A DNA stretch of 63,242 bases, counting the filler, from Rhabdomonas costata (Eukaryota), in assembly GCA_019059605.1 (NCBI GenBank). It is 36 parts of 36 records of this genome, joined end to end, with 100 filler letters (N's around TTAATTAATTAA, not from the genome) between each part and the next. Parts side by side here need not be neighbours in the genome. Positions count along the whole stretch, not along the records: positions 49,253 to 50,912 come from JAHMHO010011154.1; positions 51,013 to 52,672 come from JAHMHO010011155.1; positions 52,773 to 54,429 come from JAHMHO010011156.1; positions 54,530 to 56,209 come from JAHMHO010011157.1; positions 56,310 to 57,967 come from JAHMHO010011158.1; positions 58,068 to 59,726 come from JAHMHO010011159.1; positions 59,827 to 61,484 come from JAHMHO010011160.1; 29 more parts are not named here. One strand, written 5' to 3'. Numbering within the stretch: the stretch's first letter is position 1; every line of letters begins with the position of its first letter. The notes under the pieces were generated by a model, which worked only from the letters and a program-made list of their open reading frames with translations, had not been told where the DNA came from and did not search any database. A program made the translations under genes and the position numbers. Positions 49,710 to 60,126 of this stretch are shown here, piece by piece.

Positions 49710-50413
49710 CGGTAATAATCAGAGTACCGTAGTGGAGGGTCATCTCCTGCAGCAACCGAGCCTGGCGCACCAGAGGTCCCAGAACCTGCACGGTTGGGGT
49801 TGAATGGGAATCATACACAGGATAACTCTGGAGTGGACCTTCAAAACGACACACAGGCAGCTAGCTCTGTTGAGGGGATTTCGGAAGAGTAAGGGGGCTT
49901 GCTGATCAATTTTCCTTACTTCCACATTGTTGGAATCCTTCAGGTTCGCTCCTTTTAAACTCGTAAAAATGTGAGCTCCAGCAAAATTCGTGTGTAGTTT
50001 TCTTTCACAGGTGCGGTGTTACCACACGACAACGGACGAGGAACCCCTCAGTTAAGAACGCCTTTCCCACGCCAAGATATCTCGAGTAGGTATGAGGTGG
50101 TGCCGAACAGTTACCTTGCCGATGCAGGGGAAAACCACACAATGAGAAGTTTTTGTCCAGGCCGGATGTTTCACTGTGTTTTCCATGAGTGGAAAGGGAT
50201 GAAAAATGCGATGGGGTAGCGAACGTAACTTGTGTTCACACCTGCGAGGACGAATCACAGTGGAGGGATGGGTGGGCGGTTTCTCCTGCCGCCCTAGCGA
50301 ACCCTCTGGTTTGGTTTTGTTCTGTTGGCTCTGTTGGCTCACTTCTTCCCTTTCAGAAAATAGAGACTCCCTGGTGGTGCGGGAGGTTCCCAGTGCTGCC
50401 TCGGCCGGAGCAG

Positions 50414-50449
<36 letters not shown>

Positions 50450-50638
50450 GGCTCCCGCCTCATTCCTGGTGACAAAAAAATTACAAAGGCACGGAGGGTT
50501 TTGTTTGCATACCGAGAACACGGACAGAGCTTGGCAGCCGATGGAAGTGTAAATCCCAGGGCCGTACACCAACCCAATGCCCACCGCAAGGGACATGGTG
50601 CGCGCGACCTGCACGATCTTCACCGCCAACTCACACGC
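49710..50638 (-). CDS. Degenerate class III nucleotide cyclase homology domain, exons 50638-50513, 49785-49710
   Basis: ACELAVKIVQVARTMSLAVGIGLVYGPGIYTSIGCQALSVFS|VLGPLVRQARLLQEMTLHYGTLIIT follows the A...A..I....l.vgIGi..G....g.iG.....ftviGdtVnlAsRl pattern; phase-0 join. Confidence 0.72.
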
Positions 50639-51212
50639 CTGGGAGGTCCCCCCCCGGAGGCCTCTTGTATTTACATTAGCAGTCCAGAGGAAGATAAAAA
50701 ATGCCATGACGGAGTAAATCCCCTCAGTTCCTTCAGTCCGGTTCAGTTCAGTGCAACGCAGATAAAAAGAGCTTTAAGGTTGCAGGCCGGTGAAGTCAAC
50801 AAAGTCACATCAAGAAGATATACTGTCCCAGTCACCAAAGACAAGCCCAATTTAAACTTGCAACCCGATCGGTCAGCCGAGTGAGGGAGCATCTCTATTT
50901 TTCCCCAACAACNNNNNNNNNNNNNNNNNNNNNNNNNNNNNNNNNNNNNNNNNNNNTTAATTAATTAANNNNNNNNNNNNNNNNNNNNNNNNNNNNNNNN
51001 NNNNNNNNNNNNTTTTGGTTGGTCTCTGTTCTGTTTTCTCCTTCGGTTTTTTCGGCCAGGGAATGGTACAAGAGGATGTATGGGGTTTGGGCTGGAGATT
51101 GGGGTCGCTGTAGCATGGGTACGTGGAGCCCTGTCCTAGTTTGGCTCCTGTTCTCAGGATGTTCTGCCAATGAGTTTTGTCGTACCCGCACTGGGCAAAA
51201 AAATCTACTCAG

Positions 51213-52208
51213 CTCTTATGGTGCTGTGCTGGAGGCCTGGGACACGGTGCGCAAACAGAGGGTGGCGATCAAAAAGTGCCACGACGTCTTCGGCAGCCTG
51301 CTGGACGGAAAGCGCATCCTCCGTGAGATCAAGCTGCTGAGGTGAGGCCTGCACAAGGACAGAGCGAGAGGAAAATCCCTGGCAATCCCTTCTGTGAAAA
51401 TGCCTCGGGGGTCACCCACTGTATTTTTCTGTTTTTTTTTGTTTCCTGGCCTGTCTGGGTCATAGCTACTTGAGCGTATCATTGTTGTGTACCGCACAGC
51501 CAGTTGTCCACAGGAGAGAGTAGACTACAAACAGCAGGAAACGTCACTGACGTCATGGATGTCGTGAGCCTGACACCCTTATATCCTGATTGGCGGCTCT
51601 GGGGGGGGGGGCGAACAAACCGTGGTTATCAACAAGCGTGTGTCATCACAGCTACCAGACTCCGGGCACGTGTGCAAGCGATAACCGCCGGACAAAGGCA
51701 TCATCATGTGTGCACTGTGCGCTCACCACACCACGCACAAACACCAACCACACCAAGACGAATCTTTACACTATGCGCACACCGCGCTTATCAGGTTCCT
51801 GAGCCACGAGAACGTCCTGCCGATTCTGGACGTCCTGGCGCCCACGCCTTGTGCCACCCTCTTCGATGAGGTGTACATGGTGACCCCCTTCCTGGACACC
51901 GACCTGCTGCACGTCATCGCCAACGACCGCCAGGAGCTCTCGCTGAACCACCTCCGGTACATCATGTACCAGTTGCTGCGGGGCCTGAAGTACCTCCACT
52001 CCGCCGGGGTATGGGCATCTCTCCGTTTTCCACATTGCCTTCGTTCTGACTTCTTACTACCGTACTGCATGCTGACAGAAGGGGACTTCCTAACGACTCC
52101 ATCTTTTCGCGTGTACTTTCATTAGGAACTCCTCGGATGGTTCCCTCTCAGGTTGTACATCGTGACCTCAAGCCTGACAATCTCCTTCTGACGCGTAACT
52201 GCGAGCTG
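51213..52208 (+). CDS. Mitogen-activated protein kinase, exons 51213-51341, 51795-52008, 52152-52208
   Basis: GSYGAV...VAIKK...KRILREIKLLR|FLSHENV...EVYMVT..LDTDL...YQLLRGLKYLHSAG|VVHRDLKPDNLLL. Confidence 0.96.
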
Positions 52209-52780
52209 GTATGATTTCCGCACGCGCCCACTCTCATATGAGAATGGAATGTGGATGCGGTGTCGGGGTCGTGTTGTGGCTTGCTGCACAGTTAACTGGT
52301 GTGGTGGCGGGTTCAGAGCCAGACAGGGTCCAACTTGGAATACAGGGCAGGGGATCTCGCTACTCTACTCAAATTGGAAGGCTTTAATGCATTGGAGGGC
52401 CTCCGCCATTAGCTGAGTCTGTCCTAAGTTGGACGACAAAGTCCAAAAACGATTCCCGCAGTTGAACGTTCAAGACACACACACACACTCACTCACACAC
52501 ACTCACTCACTCACATTCAAACACACACACACACACACGCACACACAGATGGGAGGTTACCAGATGTGGAACGTTCGGTGGTGAGCCGATTTCGGTTCCC
52601 CACGGCACCGTTCGCTCCAACGGCACCTCTCGCGAGCACCCGTGGCCAACAGCGCGTGCGCCAGTCAGTCCCNNNNNNNNNNNNNNNNNNNNNNNNNNNN
52701 NNNNNNNNNNNNNNNNTTAATTAATTAANNNNNNNNNNNNNNNNNNNNNNNNNNNNNNNNNNNNNNNNNNNNTGAGTTGG

Positions 52781-52849
52781 GTGAATAGACAAATAATCAC
52801 CATGTATTTGTAGCTTTTCAAAATACATGGTGATTATTTGTCTATTCAC
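52781..52849. repeat. 29-bp inverted repeat (52781-52809 / 52821-52849) at contig start; probable amplification fold-back
   Basis: Perfect reverse complement with an 11-nt spacer. Confidence 0.85.
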
Positions 52850-54350
52850 TCAACCGCTCCAAAATCTGTCTTAAAAGTGACAACGTTTCCAGAAACTTTG
52901 GCAATTTCAAGGAAATTAAGACACGTTTACCAAAAGAAATTCAACAACTAGGAGAACGACTACGGCAGAAAAGCACCGGATCTCAAAACTTCTAGACAGT
53001 GGGTTCTATTTTACCTCTGCTACCAGGTGTTACGGTAGGTTTAGGACTAATTACACAATTGGCTTTGCCTTGGCTTCTATGCGCAGGATCAACTCATCGG
53101 CCTATCGGCTTTGGGTTGGTCTTCAGTGGCTATGAGTGGATCTTTTTCTTTAAGAATTATGTAAGACAGAACAATGTAAGACAGAACTATGTAATACAGA
53201 ACAAAAATTAACTCAATTGGTACAGTCAGGTTCGTTACAAAGAGGCACATGAAAGCACAATTGATTCAAAGATTGATACACAAATTTCATTTCAGTCATC
53301 GACTTTCGTTTCAGGCCTATCGGTATATCAATGATTTGTTATTTGTAAATTGCATCATTTGATTCATCTCTCCATTTCTGCCGGAGGTTTCTGGTTTGAG
53401 TGGAATTTTGATTGGGTAAAGCGTAGATCACACCGAGTCCAACTTCTCTGTCGCAAACCTATCTCTACACATGGACGCGAATCGATGCGTCTCGCTGTCA
53501 TACTTTAATTTTTGCGGGTTTTGGGACTAGGCTCTATAAAAATGTCCGGAGTCCGTACTAGTAGACAGAGTGTCAGCCACACTATTAATGAAATGGCATA
53601 CATTGTACAAATCAGAACTTTCAAGAACAGACTTATTGTAACACCCACATGACACGATTTGATCGCTAAATGTGAAAGAGCAAATAGTTCACCTCTTGTC
53701 ATAAAAGCAATGGTACACGACATACTTTGATGTGTACTACCATACCTATACAACACGACACACTCAAAGCCTTCCTGTTCCGAGTGCAGTTAGATGGATC
53801 ATGGGTAGCGCTCATGAACCGAAAAGTGAGCTAAGATGCTGAGATGTCGTTACACTTCGTCTACGCCTCTGCTAAGCTAAATGTACAACAACACACTTGA
53901 TACACCACTCACAGCATTGTGGTACAGCTAACGTTACAAGGTCTTCACTCTTAACCATCGTTTATCCTAAATGTAGAAGCAACGAAGTAATAAACAATGT
54001 CAAGACTGCAACATGAAACCCGTCAGTCATTTCCCACCACCACGGTGGACCTCCAGTGGCGTAACGTGATGGTAGTCATTACGTTCCTCCATGGTTGGCA
54101 TGCTCGGCATCACATTCTGGTCATCAAGACGCCACATATGGTGACTCACTTTGCGCTTATTAAAAATCATGAAATGCAATACAACAAACACTTCAAAACG
54201 TTTCATTTATGTGTACAAAAACGTCGAGTAGTAACCGTACCTGTTTAATAATTGTAACCGCACCTGTTCAATGTTTGTTTGAAGCATCGTGGGGCGCTTT
54301 TTGAATGCAAGTTTAAATGGCATTACTTTAGGATTGTACCTACGGCTAGG

Positions 54351-54427
54351 AACCCTAACCCTAACCCTAACCGTATCCCTAACCCTAACCCTAACCCTAA
54401 CCCTAACCCTAACCCTAACCCTAACCC
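54351..54427. repeat. (CCCTAA)n telomeric-type repeat, about 12 units with one variant; interstitial orientation
   Basis: Directly visible; the C-rich strand lies 3' of unique sequence. Confidence 0.95.
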
Positions 54428-54529
54428 AANNNNNNNNNNNNNNNNNNNNNNNNNNNNNNNNNNNNNNNNNNNNTTAATTAATTAANNNNNNNNNNNNNNN
54501 NNNNNNNNNNNNNNNNNNNNNNNNNNNNN

Positions 54530-54568
<39 letters not shown>
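54530..54568. repeat. (GT)n microsatellite
   Basis: Directly visible. Confidence 0.95.
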
Positions 54569-54573
<5 letters not shown>

Positions 54574-54720
54574 GTGAAAGAATAAATAAGAGTGAGCTCC
54601 CGGGCCCAAGGAGCTTTACCCGGAGACTTAGGGGATGTCTCAAGACATATCTGGCGGATAAAGTGCCTGGATGCTGTGCACTTCCTTTGCATCCAGTCAC
54701 TAAGTATGGGTGGGACTCAG

Positions 54721-56060
54721 CTTTCACCACCTTGAGCGGTGGAGGAAGGACTTTATCGAGAGGTCCGGCTGCGAGTCCGAGAGCTTCCCCTTTCTGGTCA
54801 TCGGGAACAAGCTGGACTTGGAGAGGCGTGAGGTTTCTGATCTCTCTCACCGTACCACCCAACGTACCGTCAAAAACCATTCATCCACCCAGGCATCAGG
54901 TGCCTGCCCAGTAAACACTGTTGTGACCTTGAGCTGTTCTGACTTGGTGGGGCCTCACAACATGCCCACCCAATCACCGTTTGCAAGACTGGATTGAACG
55001 CCCCCCTCTCCCTCATGGTGAATGTTGGGGCATATTGTACTTCATCAGAGGAGTTCATTGCTGGAGGAGGAAGCAAATAAAAAGTTGGATGCGAAGGAAA
55101 GGGTTGCGCGAGAGGGAGGGATCGTGCACATCACAAGGTGAATCCAAAGTCCAAAATCCTTCAAAATACATTACTGCAACCCTGCAAGGATGGTGACAGC
55201 ATTCAGCGTTTTGTAAAACATATTGAACGCCCCCCCTTCCACCTCAGTCTCTCTTTGCAGTATTGCGCAAGTGCTGTGTGCGGGACCTTGTACGCTGTAC
55301 TGTTCTGTTGGTGATGCCTTGCAGAGTATTGAAAGCCTTTTCAAAATCTATTTGGGAATGATTTGCGATCAGCGTTGTCACCAGCGACAATTTTGGTGTG
55401 TTCATGGGTTCATTCACTTACTCTCGCCAACTGCAGGTGACCCAGCGACAAGCCTATCTCTGGTGCAAGCGGCACGGTGAGCTTCCTTACATTGAGACCA
55501 GCGCAAAATCCACGGTGAATGTGGCGCAGGCCTTTGAGGACATGGCCCGGATAGCGCTGCGGAACTCGCAGGCTCAGCATAATCTGTATGTCTCTCGTAT
55601 CTCATTCTATATGCGGTCTCTTCGCTCGGCACCATTTTTTTCAGCCCCCCCATTTCTGATTTTGCAGTTTTGTGATGTGCTGTTTATGGAAGGTTTGATT
55701 TACTATGTGGCGTTTCCAGGTACCTCATCATCAATGCTTCAGCACCAGATCTGCACAAATGTTGTTGGCATTTTCCCCCCAAACGTGATGCAGCCAGCAT
55801 TCGAACACAAAATGCCCCCCTTATCTGGCCGCATCCTGGCAACGCCCTCCCACTCTGCCCATTTGGACTCCGACGGACGGTTGCATGAGGTCCTCTGAAA
55901 TGTGCGAGGTGTGGCGACTCCCTGCTGCCACGTGCACCCTCTCTTGGGGGCCGGGTCCAGGGAGGACTTTTACGAGTCGCTGACTGTTGTCCCCGAGCTT
56001 GCCGCTCCCCACGCCGCGTCGGAGAAGCGGGGTTGCTGCGGAGGCTACTCGCTGATGTGA
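54721..56060 (+). CDS. RAB7: Rab7-like small GTPase, 3' exons 54721-54832, 55437-55585, 55961-56060
   Basis: SFHHLERWRKDF...FPFLVIGNKLDL..RE|V.....WCKRHGELPYIETSAK..VNVAQAF..ARIAL...L|EDFYE...RGCCGGYSLM*. G4 (NKxD) and G5 (SAK) motifs plus Rab7/9-type FPF and WC features. Confidence 0.88.
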
Positions 56061-58067
56061 GCGGCCACGCCCATCCCTAGTCGCTGCGTTATAACATTGC
56101 CGTAAATGTAGTATCAGGTTACCTGTTCCTTGGTTCAGTGCCCACGTCTCTGATTCTGCGCGTGCAGTGTGGTGCGGTCCTTTTTCGCTACTGGAGGAAA
56201 GCAACCACANNNNNNNNNNNNNNNNNNNNNNNNNNNNNNNNNNNNNNNNNNNNTTAATTAATTAANNNNNNNNNNNNNNNNNNNNNNNNNNNNNNNNNNN
56301 NNNNNNNNNCCCCCTAATGCGTGGATCTCCTAAATATACCATTCTGTTCCAAGCGTACTTCTCGAAAATGACCGTTGGACGCGGCGACATACATCTCGGG
56401 TACTTAGACACATTTGAGGAATTCTAACGGGGTGTCCTTTTGAAAAGATATCGTGTGTGAGAAAAACGTGCAAGGGGAGGCCCTGCATCTCGGGGTGTCA
56501 CCCATAGGGAGAGATACCGGGACTCAGTGGACTGGTGGGCCTCACTCCGGAGTCGAGGTTGCGCCTCTTCACTGGTGAGGAAGCCTGACCCAGGACTTCC
56601 TCACCGTTTTGCTCTTATGGGGAATTTCCCCCTATGTCCTCAACAGAAGAAGCACAACAATTTGTCTTGTTTTTGCCCGGAAAAGCGTGCTGTGTTAGTT
56701 TGCCTGCCTTCAACAAATCGCACTGTGTACTGCTTGGGATGGAGAGGGCGGCAGAGCTAGCGGCTGAAGTGCTCACCTTATGGAAATTGCAGGAGACCAG
56801 TCGTCGCCTCTGCTTGGCGTTTCCCAAGACCCGTAATGCCCACTCTGACTGCTATGAGTGCGATCTCATCGATGGTCCAACCCAAAAACGCAAGCACTCA
56901 GAACCCCCCTTTGGGGAACGAGATATCGGGGTTAATGAGCTCCTGCTGAAGTACGGTCGCTGCTCGGAGAGCGACGAGGGTCTCCGCAGCGCAGGAAAGG
57001 AAAGGTGAGCTCCGAGGAACGTAGCAACGAGCACCTTGGGTATGCCCTGGAAAAAGCCATGCCATGGTGTGCGCTCTCTCGTTGCGAAAGGAAAAAGGAG
57101 AAGAAGAAGAAGAAGAAGAAGAACAAAGTGGGGGAAACCCTTTCTTGGAGAAAGGCTCCCTGCTCTATATGTTACCGAATACTGGCACGGCGCGGGGGAT
57201 CAGACGAACCCCATTAATTTGTAAGTGGCAAACCTTTTTCGTCGCTAGCTGTCTTGTTCAGCTACCGCTATTATACTGCTAATTAGACACCTTGAACCAG
57301 GCTAGCTTTGAAAGCCTCCCGCGCCCCCCTCCAAAGTCATTCCCAGCAGTAGCAGAGCGGAAAGCTTGGGCACAGCCTTTGCCATATTGAACATGGGGCT
57401 GGGTTTTCTTATCTTTCCCATGACATGATTTGCGCAGCACAACCAGCTTGACACCATCACGTCCTCTTCGAACGAGCGTCTTGTAAGAGTTGCCATTGTG
57501 CAGAAGCTGAGCAGGCGCTGCGATAATCGGCTGGGGACAGGGCCTGACAAAGCATTACGCAGCGGCAGCGTCGTAATCGCAGCCCCTGTGGCGCAGGGAA
57601 GCTCACCAGACGGCGAGTGCCTGCCCGGATGCGATGGCGCACCCGAGGCACAGAGTTTCGATTTTCTGACTTTGCGCTGAGCTATTTACGCTGTGATACC
57701 AGTGTACTTTTGCTGCATGGATTTGTGTTCGGTCCGCCCTTTCTCCGGTAAAGGGCCTCTCCTACGCATCCAGTTGATTCCTCTTAAGTACTGGTCAGCC
57801 TAGTTTTGGAGACCATGGCAGCAATCAAAAACTTGGGAGAGTTTTATCTAACGTAAGGGTTTGGGTATTAATTTCTGCGGTGACTAAACGCTCGGTTTGC
57901 AAGTGGCGTGCTGCGGCACAAACTTCTCCAGCGGTCGGCCGGGTTAATTACATCTTCAACCAAACAANNNNNNNNNNNNNNNNNNNNNNNNNNNNNNNNN
58001 NNNNNNNNNNNTTAATTAATTAANNNNNNNNNNNNNNNNNNNNNNNNNNNNNNNNNNNNNNNNNNNN

Positions 58068-59726
58068 GGTTTTGGTTGTTATGTTCTCTGGACTTGCTGT
58101 AGTGGTGTCGTTGTCGTAGTCGCTAGGGTTGTTGTGTGCTGTGCTTGTTGCTGGATTATTCATGTTGGTGTCTTCGGGTCATGTCTCTGTTCCTATTCCT
58201 GTTGCTGTTCCTGTTCTTGATGCTACGATGTGTGTAACGGTTCCTGTTCGTGCTTGTGGTGTGCTTCCTGCTGTTTGTGTCTCGAGCGTTGGTTGTAATG
58301 GTGTCGATGTCAAGCTGAGTCAGAGGGTGAGTGTGGATGCTGAGTTGGAGGGTGTGACGATGCGTGTATCTTGCGTTGGTGGCTCCTGTGCTGGTAATTC
58401 CTGTGTTGTTTATGCGTATGTTGACTCCGATGCCTTTCTGCATTCCTTCGTTTCTGTCTCCAGCGTTTCTGTCTCCAGGCCTTCTGCTTCAACCATGCTC
58501 TCTACCAGTGCTTGTGTAACGGTGTGTGTTCCTGATGCCTTGCTGCCTTCTGTGTTGGTTGACGTGTTGGTTGATGTGTGGAATTCTGACGCTCCTGTTG
58601 TTCTTGCTGCTGTTTCTGTCACCACTGCTTCATGAGTGTTTGTGTCTGTTCTTGTTTCTGAGGAGGAGTCGAGGGTTTCTGTCTGCATTGGACCTCATGG
58701 GACCTCACAGGCCATCCGTACTTGAATCCGAGGACATCGAAACTTGCCACGCACTCTGTGTTTACCCCGCAATTCACCCACCAACACCCTCTCAAACACA
58801 TACACGGGCCGAAGTACTGACTCGTCTGAGGGAGGTGTGCTACCCCCCACGGCCTCTACCGTCCGCCTCAGCCACTCAGATGACAGTGCGGTCTCACCCA
58901 CTTCCTCTACTGCCCGCTCCCACCAAAACCTCAGCCCTCACCATCACCACCACCACCACTACCATCACCACCACACCACACCGTAACTAAGCACTCCGAC
59001 ACCCAACTCCGAACCCAGATCCACCCACCCAATGCTTGCGCGACAACCTGAACCAACGAGACTAGGGAAGGACCGAAACAAAGCACCACAAGCACCATCC
59101 CAGACACTATGCAAGCCCACACCAGCACCCACCAAGCACGTACACACAGAGGAAGCATGTACCATAGCGAAGGAACCAAGCAAACACCGGAACCTTGACC
59201 CCGAACCCCTAATGCAAAACCGACACCAATGGGTAAGATGGAAACACGCCGACACCCCGAAGCACACACAAGCACTTGCACCCACGATCACCCACACGCA
59301 AACCCACCACGCAAACCCTCCACACTCCAAGCACAAACCACTGCACACCACCATACCCAAGCACTCACGAAGAACTACAAACACACGAATCTCACGCACG
59401 AATCCACAGAACCCGAACCCAGAACTCCGACTCTCTACCTTCCTCGACTCGCAGACACACATGCACCACTCAACAAGCACTACAGAAGAAGACCGTAACC
59501 ACCACGCAAGCACCACAAACCCAGAAACACGACTCCATGCAACCCTCGACACGGAGACACGAACCATTACCAAGCACTCAAGAAGCACAACGAACCTGAA
59601 ACCACATCGCACCTCCCATGAAACCTTCCCAACATCGAACCCGTAATCCCTCCAGCACCTCCCATGGAAACATTCCCGTATCATCGAACCCTAGCCACTG
59701 ACCACCGGAATACCACACCACAAGAG
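58068..59726. repeat. Low-complexity, strand-skewed sequence (G/T-rich to about 58690, C/A-rich after about 58760)
   Basis: Composition visible by eye; the long ORFs here reflect base bias. Confidence 0.6.
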
Positions 59727-59859
59727 NNNNNNNNNNNNNNNNNNNNNNNNNNNNNNNNNNNNNNNNNNNNTTAATTAATTAANNNNNNNNNNNNNNNNNN
59801 NNNNNNNNNNNNNNNNNNNNNNNNNNCTGTTCTGCAGTTTCCTGTTGGTGCTGGTCCAG

Positions 59860-60126
59860 GTAGTGTGGGGAGGCCCGCTGAGCCTGGGGGGAAGGGCCCA
59901 ATCCGAAACCCTCGACGCGGACGAGGCCGTGGTCTGCACCCGCTGGCACCTCACCCCACAGCAGTTCCTGGCCGCCCGCACAGAGGCCTCCCGGCTTCAG
60001 GCGCAACAGAAGGGTGCGCGGTCCTTGGCGGTGCCCCTGTCTGACCTGCGCGCGTCCAGCCCGGTGGACCTGCTGCGCGCGTTTGAGCTGCGGAGGTTTT
60101 GGGGGAAGAAAGGGCTCGGTCCCTGA
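59860..60126 (+). CDS. C-terminal SWIRM-like domain resembling ADA2 (terminal coding exon)
   Basis: PLSLGGRAQSETLDADEAVVCTRWHLTPQQFLAAR...VD.......RFWGKKG* matches the PLdl.g..g.elL...E..lC....L.P..yL..K...D.......F....G pattern at the ADA2 C-terminus. Confidence 0.62.
   Translation, partial: VVWGGPLSLGGRAQSETLDADEAVVCTRWHLTPQQFLAARTEASRLQAQQKGARSLAVPLSDLRASSPVDLLRAFELRRFWGKKGLGP

Noticed and set aside
54351..54427. True chromosome end
   Set aside because: Orientation is reversed: a real end would read TTAGGG toward the terminus.
55720..55888. Alternative Rab7 terminal exon containing CC (…LHKCCWHF…)
   Set aside because: The cysteines are far from the stop and the composition is intron-like; the exon at 55961-56060 fits a Rab hypervariable tail better.
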